A DNA stretch of 64,000 nt, from the NCBI GenBank assembly GCA_963675755.2, contig CAXXMD010000002.1:416001-480000 (forward strand), read 5' to 3'. Positions 62,282-64,000 of the stretch are shown here, piece after piece; position 1 is the stretch's first letter; each line of letters opens with the position of its first letter. Under the pieces are notes generated by a model. It had not been told where the DNA came from, did no database searches, and saw only the letters and a program-made list of their open reading frames with translations. Source of the stretch: a bacterium (GTDB taxonomy: Bacteria; Zhuqueibacterota; Zhuqueibacteria; Residuimicrobiales; Krinioviventaceae). The position numbers and the translations under genes are program-made.

Positions 62282-62539
62282 TTATAAATTCTTGTTTTGA
62301 GAAATATTGTTTCGAATAAATTCTCTACCTTTAGCAGATTTGAGTTGTTTTTCCCGAATCATAGCTTCTTTTTTAGTTTCAAATTCTTCCTTATAAACAA
62401 GTATCCAGGGTCGGAATTTGATTGTCCAGCCTTTAGTTGCAAGAGTATTATGGGATAGTAATCTGCTCTCCAGATCAGAGGTATATCCAATATAAATTTT
62501 GTCATATCTTTCTGAAAATAAAACATATGTCGTAAACAT
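62282..62539 (-). CDS. Small GIY-YIG nuclease (UPF0213/SLX1-like), intact motif
   Basis: TYVLFS...IYIGYT...RLLSHN...WT...RPW...A..RE..LK; 85 aa. Confidence 0.9.
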   Translation of the reverse strand: MFTTYVLFSERYDKIYIGYTSDLESRLLSHNTLATKGWTIKFRPWILVYKEEFETKKEAMIREKQLKSAKGREFIRNNISQNKNL

Positions 62540-62756
62540 CGATACCCCAAAAACAAAAAAGGACCATCTATTGATGATCCTTTTAAAAGTAGCGGGGGGC
62601 GGATTTGAACCGCAGTCCGCCAGCTGGCGGATATGAGCCCCTTCATTTTAGATCATTCTGAATATAAACAAAAAAAGGACCATCAGTTGATGATCCTTTT
62701 AAAAAGTAGCGGGGGGCGGATTTGAACCGCAGTCCGCCACCTGGCGGATATGAGCT

Positions 62757-63014
62757 TTATACATTCTTGTTTTGAGAAATATAATTTCGAATAAATTCTC
62801 TACCTTTAGCAGATTTGAGTTGTTTTTCCCGAATCATAGCTTCTTTTTTAGTTTCAAATTCTTCCTTATAAACAAGTTTCCATGGACGGAATTTGATTGT
62901 CCAGCCTTTAGTTGCAAGAGTATTATGGGATAGTAATCTGCTCTCCAGATCAGAGGTATATTCAATATAAATTTTGTCATATCTTTCTGAAAATAAAACA
63001 TATGTCGTAAACAT
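62757..63014 (-). CDS. Small GIY-YIG nuclease, second copy with YIG>YIE substitution
   Basis: 85 aa from ATG 63014; four amino-acid differences from the 62282-62539 copy, including G>E in the YIG motif. Confidence 0.85.
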   Translation of the reverse strand: MFTTYVLFSERYDKIYIEYTSDLESRLLSHNTLATKGWTIKFRPWKLVYKEEFETKKEAMIREKQLKSAKGREFIRNYISQNKNV

Positions 63015-63298
63015 CGATACCCCAAAAACAAAAAAGGACCATCTATTGATGATCCTTTTTAAAAGTAGCGGGGGGCGGATTTGAACCGCCGTTCGCCAGC
63101 TGGCGAATATGAGCCCCTTCATTTTAGATCATTCTGAATATAAACAAAAAAAGGACCATCTATTGATGATCCTTTTAAAAGTAGCGGGGGGCGGATTTGA
63201 ACCGCAGTCCGCCATCTGGCGGATATGAGCCCCTTTAAATAAAGATCATATTGAATTTAAACAAAAAAAGGACCATCAAATGATGATCCTTTTAAAAG

Positions 63299-63372
<74 letters not shown>

Positions 63373-63384
63373 TCATAGTTAGAT

Positions 63385-63413
63385 AATATAGTAAATTAGA
63401 TTTTAAGAGTCAA
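63385..63413 (-). promoter_or_regulatory. Sigma70 promoter of the tRNA gene
   Basis: TTGACT-N17-TATATT ending 12 nt before the tRNA. Confidence 0.7.
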
Positions 63414-63427
63414 GGCATTTATTAAAT

Positions 63428-63458
63428 AAAAAAGCCCTGCATGTACTTACAGGGCTTT
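63428..63458 (-). terminator. Intrinsic terminator of the oxidoreductase gene
   Basis: AAAGCCCTG/CAGGGCTTT stem with a minus-strand T-run. Confidence 0.78.
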
Positions 63459-63465
63459 AATTATA

Positions 63466-63999
63466 TTATTTTTTGTCAGATCCCGGAGTTGGCCATTTTT
63501 CCAACATACCTATATCACCCAGTTTATATTCTTTGGGTCCCAATGTGAGATCAGAATTCATTGCTTCTTCCCAGGTAACTATTTTACCAGTATAAGCTGA
63601 CATTCTTCCCATAATAGCACACATTGTAGATATTGCAGTCAATTCTGCTTCAACGAGTGGGGTGTTGTTGCGAATTGAAGTAACAAAATCAATATGTTCC
63701 TGAACATATGGAGATACAGCTACATTGTTTGTAGGTTCACCATTTTCATCTGTTGGATAACCATATTTCCATGCTTCTGTTCCATCAGGAGCCCAGATAG
63801 TATCTTTACAATTTGATGATCCCTTAGAACCCATAATAAATTCTGATACATTGTTTTCACATCCATTGATCTGTCGACACATACTGTGTACATGCATTCC
63901 GCTTTCATATACAAAGTCTACACTAAACATGTCATATTGATCACCAGTAACACGGCGATGACGAGCGCCAAAGCCTACAGCACTGACTGGTTTTTCACC
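63466..63999 (-). CDS. Gfo/Idh/MocA-family oxidoreductase, C-terminal part (5'-truncated by window)
   Basis: Frame open to the window edge: PVSAVGFGARHRRVTGDQYDMFSVDFVY...CRQINGC...PYVQEH...AIMGRMSAYTG. Confidence 0.8.
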   Translation of the reverse strand, partial: GEKPVSAVGFGARHRRVTGDQYDMFSVDFVYESGMHVHSMCRQINGCENNVSEFIMGSKGSSNCKDTIWAPDGTEAWKYGYPTDENGEPTNNVAVSPYVQEHIDFVTSIRNNTPLVEAELTAISTMCAIMGRMSAYTGKIVTWEEAMNSDLTLGPKEYKLGDIGMLEKWPTPGSDKK

Positions 64000-64000
64000 T

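Larger units (their letters stand above)
62196..63297 (-). repeat. Array of five chimeric tRNA-fMet 3'-half repeats, each followed by a terminator hairpin
   Basis: 50-nt cores at 62231-62280, 62589-62638, 62706-62755, 63065-63114 and 63181-63230. Spacings to the next copy (last is the tRNA) are 358, 117, 359, 116, 117. Terminator AAAAGGATCATCA-nnn-GATGGTCCTTTT follows the tRNA and every core. Confidence 0.93.

Noticed and set aside
62359-63122. ORFs 62359-62646, 62834-63031 and the N-terminal extension of 62757-63122
   Set aside because: They read through tRNA-derived repeats and terminators or are alternative frames of the GIY-YIG genes; the aligned starts are 62539 and 63014.
62231-63230. 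Five additional tRNA-Met genes, or prophage/ICE attL-attR sites
   Set aside because: The copies lack the 5' acceptor strand and D-arm so cannot fold as tRNAs; no integrase or cargo other than the GIY-YIG gene lies between them.
62196-63297. CRISPR array interpretation of the regularly spaced repeats
   Set aside because: Repeats derive from the adjacent tRNA, intervening sequences are duplicated rather than unique and differ greatly in length, and no cas genes are present.

Overview
AT-rich bacterial chromosomal window. T9SS-type NxPNPFN C-terminal domains, TonB receptor/PorV cassettes, clear Shine-Dalgarno use and canonical TTGACA/TATAAT-like promoters suggest a non-Bacteroidetes FCB lineage such as Calditrichota/KSB1/Ignavibacteria; this is inference. 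Content in order: (1) the 3' part of an Mrp-antiporter-linked group 4 [NiFe]-hydrogenase operon with maturation protease; (2) a class D beta-lactamase, three tandem Cys-rich lipoprotein paralogs and a CAP protein; (3) a cluster with three ECF-sigma-like promoters, two preceding paralogous small secreted proteins and one preceding an unannotated ~225-nt structured RNA candidate; (4) a LacI-controlled alpha-glucan utilisation locus using a TonB receptor + giant secreted protein + PorV triad with no recognisable SusD; (5) transport and metabolic genes (SSS symporters, araB, metallophosphoesterase, a frameshifted GH57-like gene, clpP, putP, DegT, GH2, a GT2/GT-C pair); (6) a second receptor-partner-PorV triad with a possible ~670-nt leader; (7) the most striking feature, an initiator tRNA-Met gene followed by five chimeric repeats (tRNA anticodon loop + GC palindrome + tRNA T-arm/acceptor 3' strand + terminator) interleaved with three copies of a small GIY-YIG nuclease gene (one intact, one motif-mutated, one decayed). 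All calls come from reading the sequence and recognising motifs; no searches were run.
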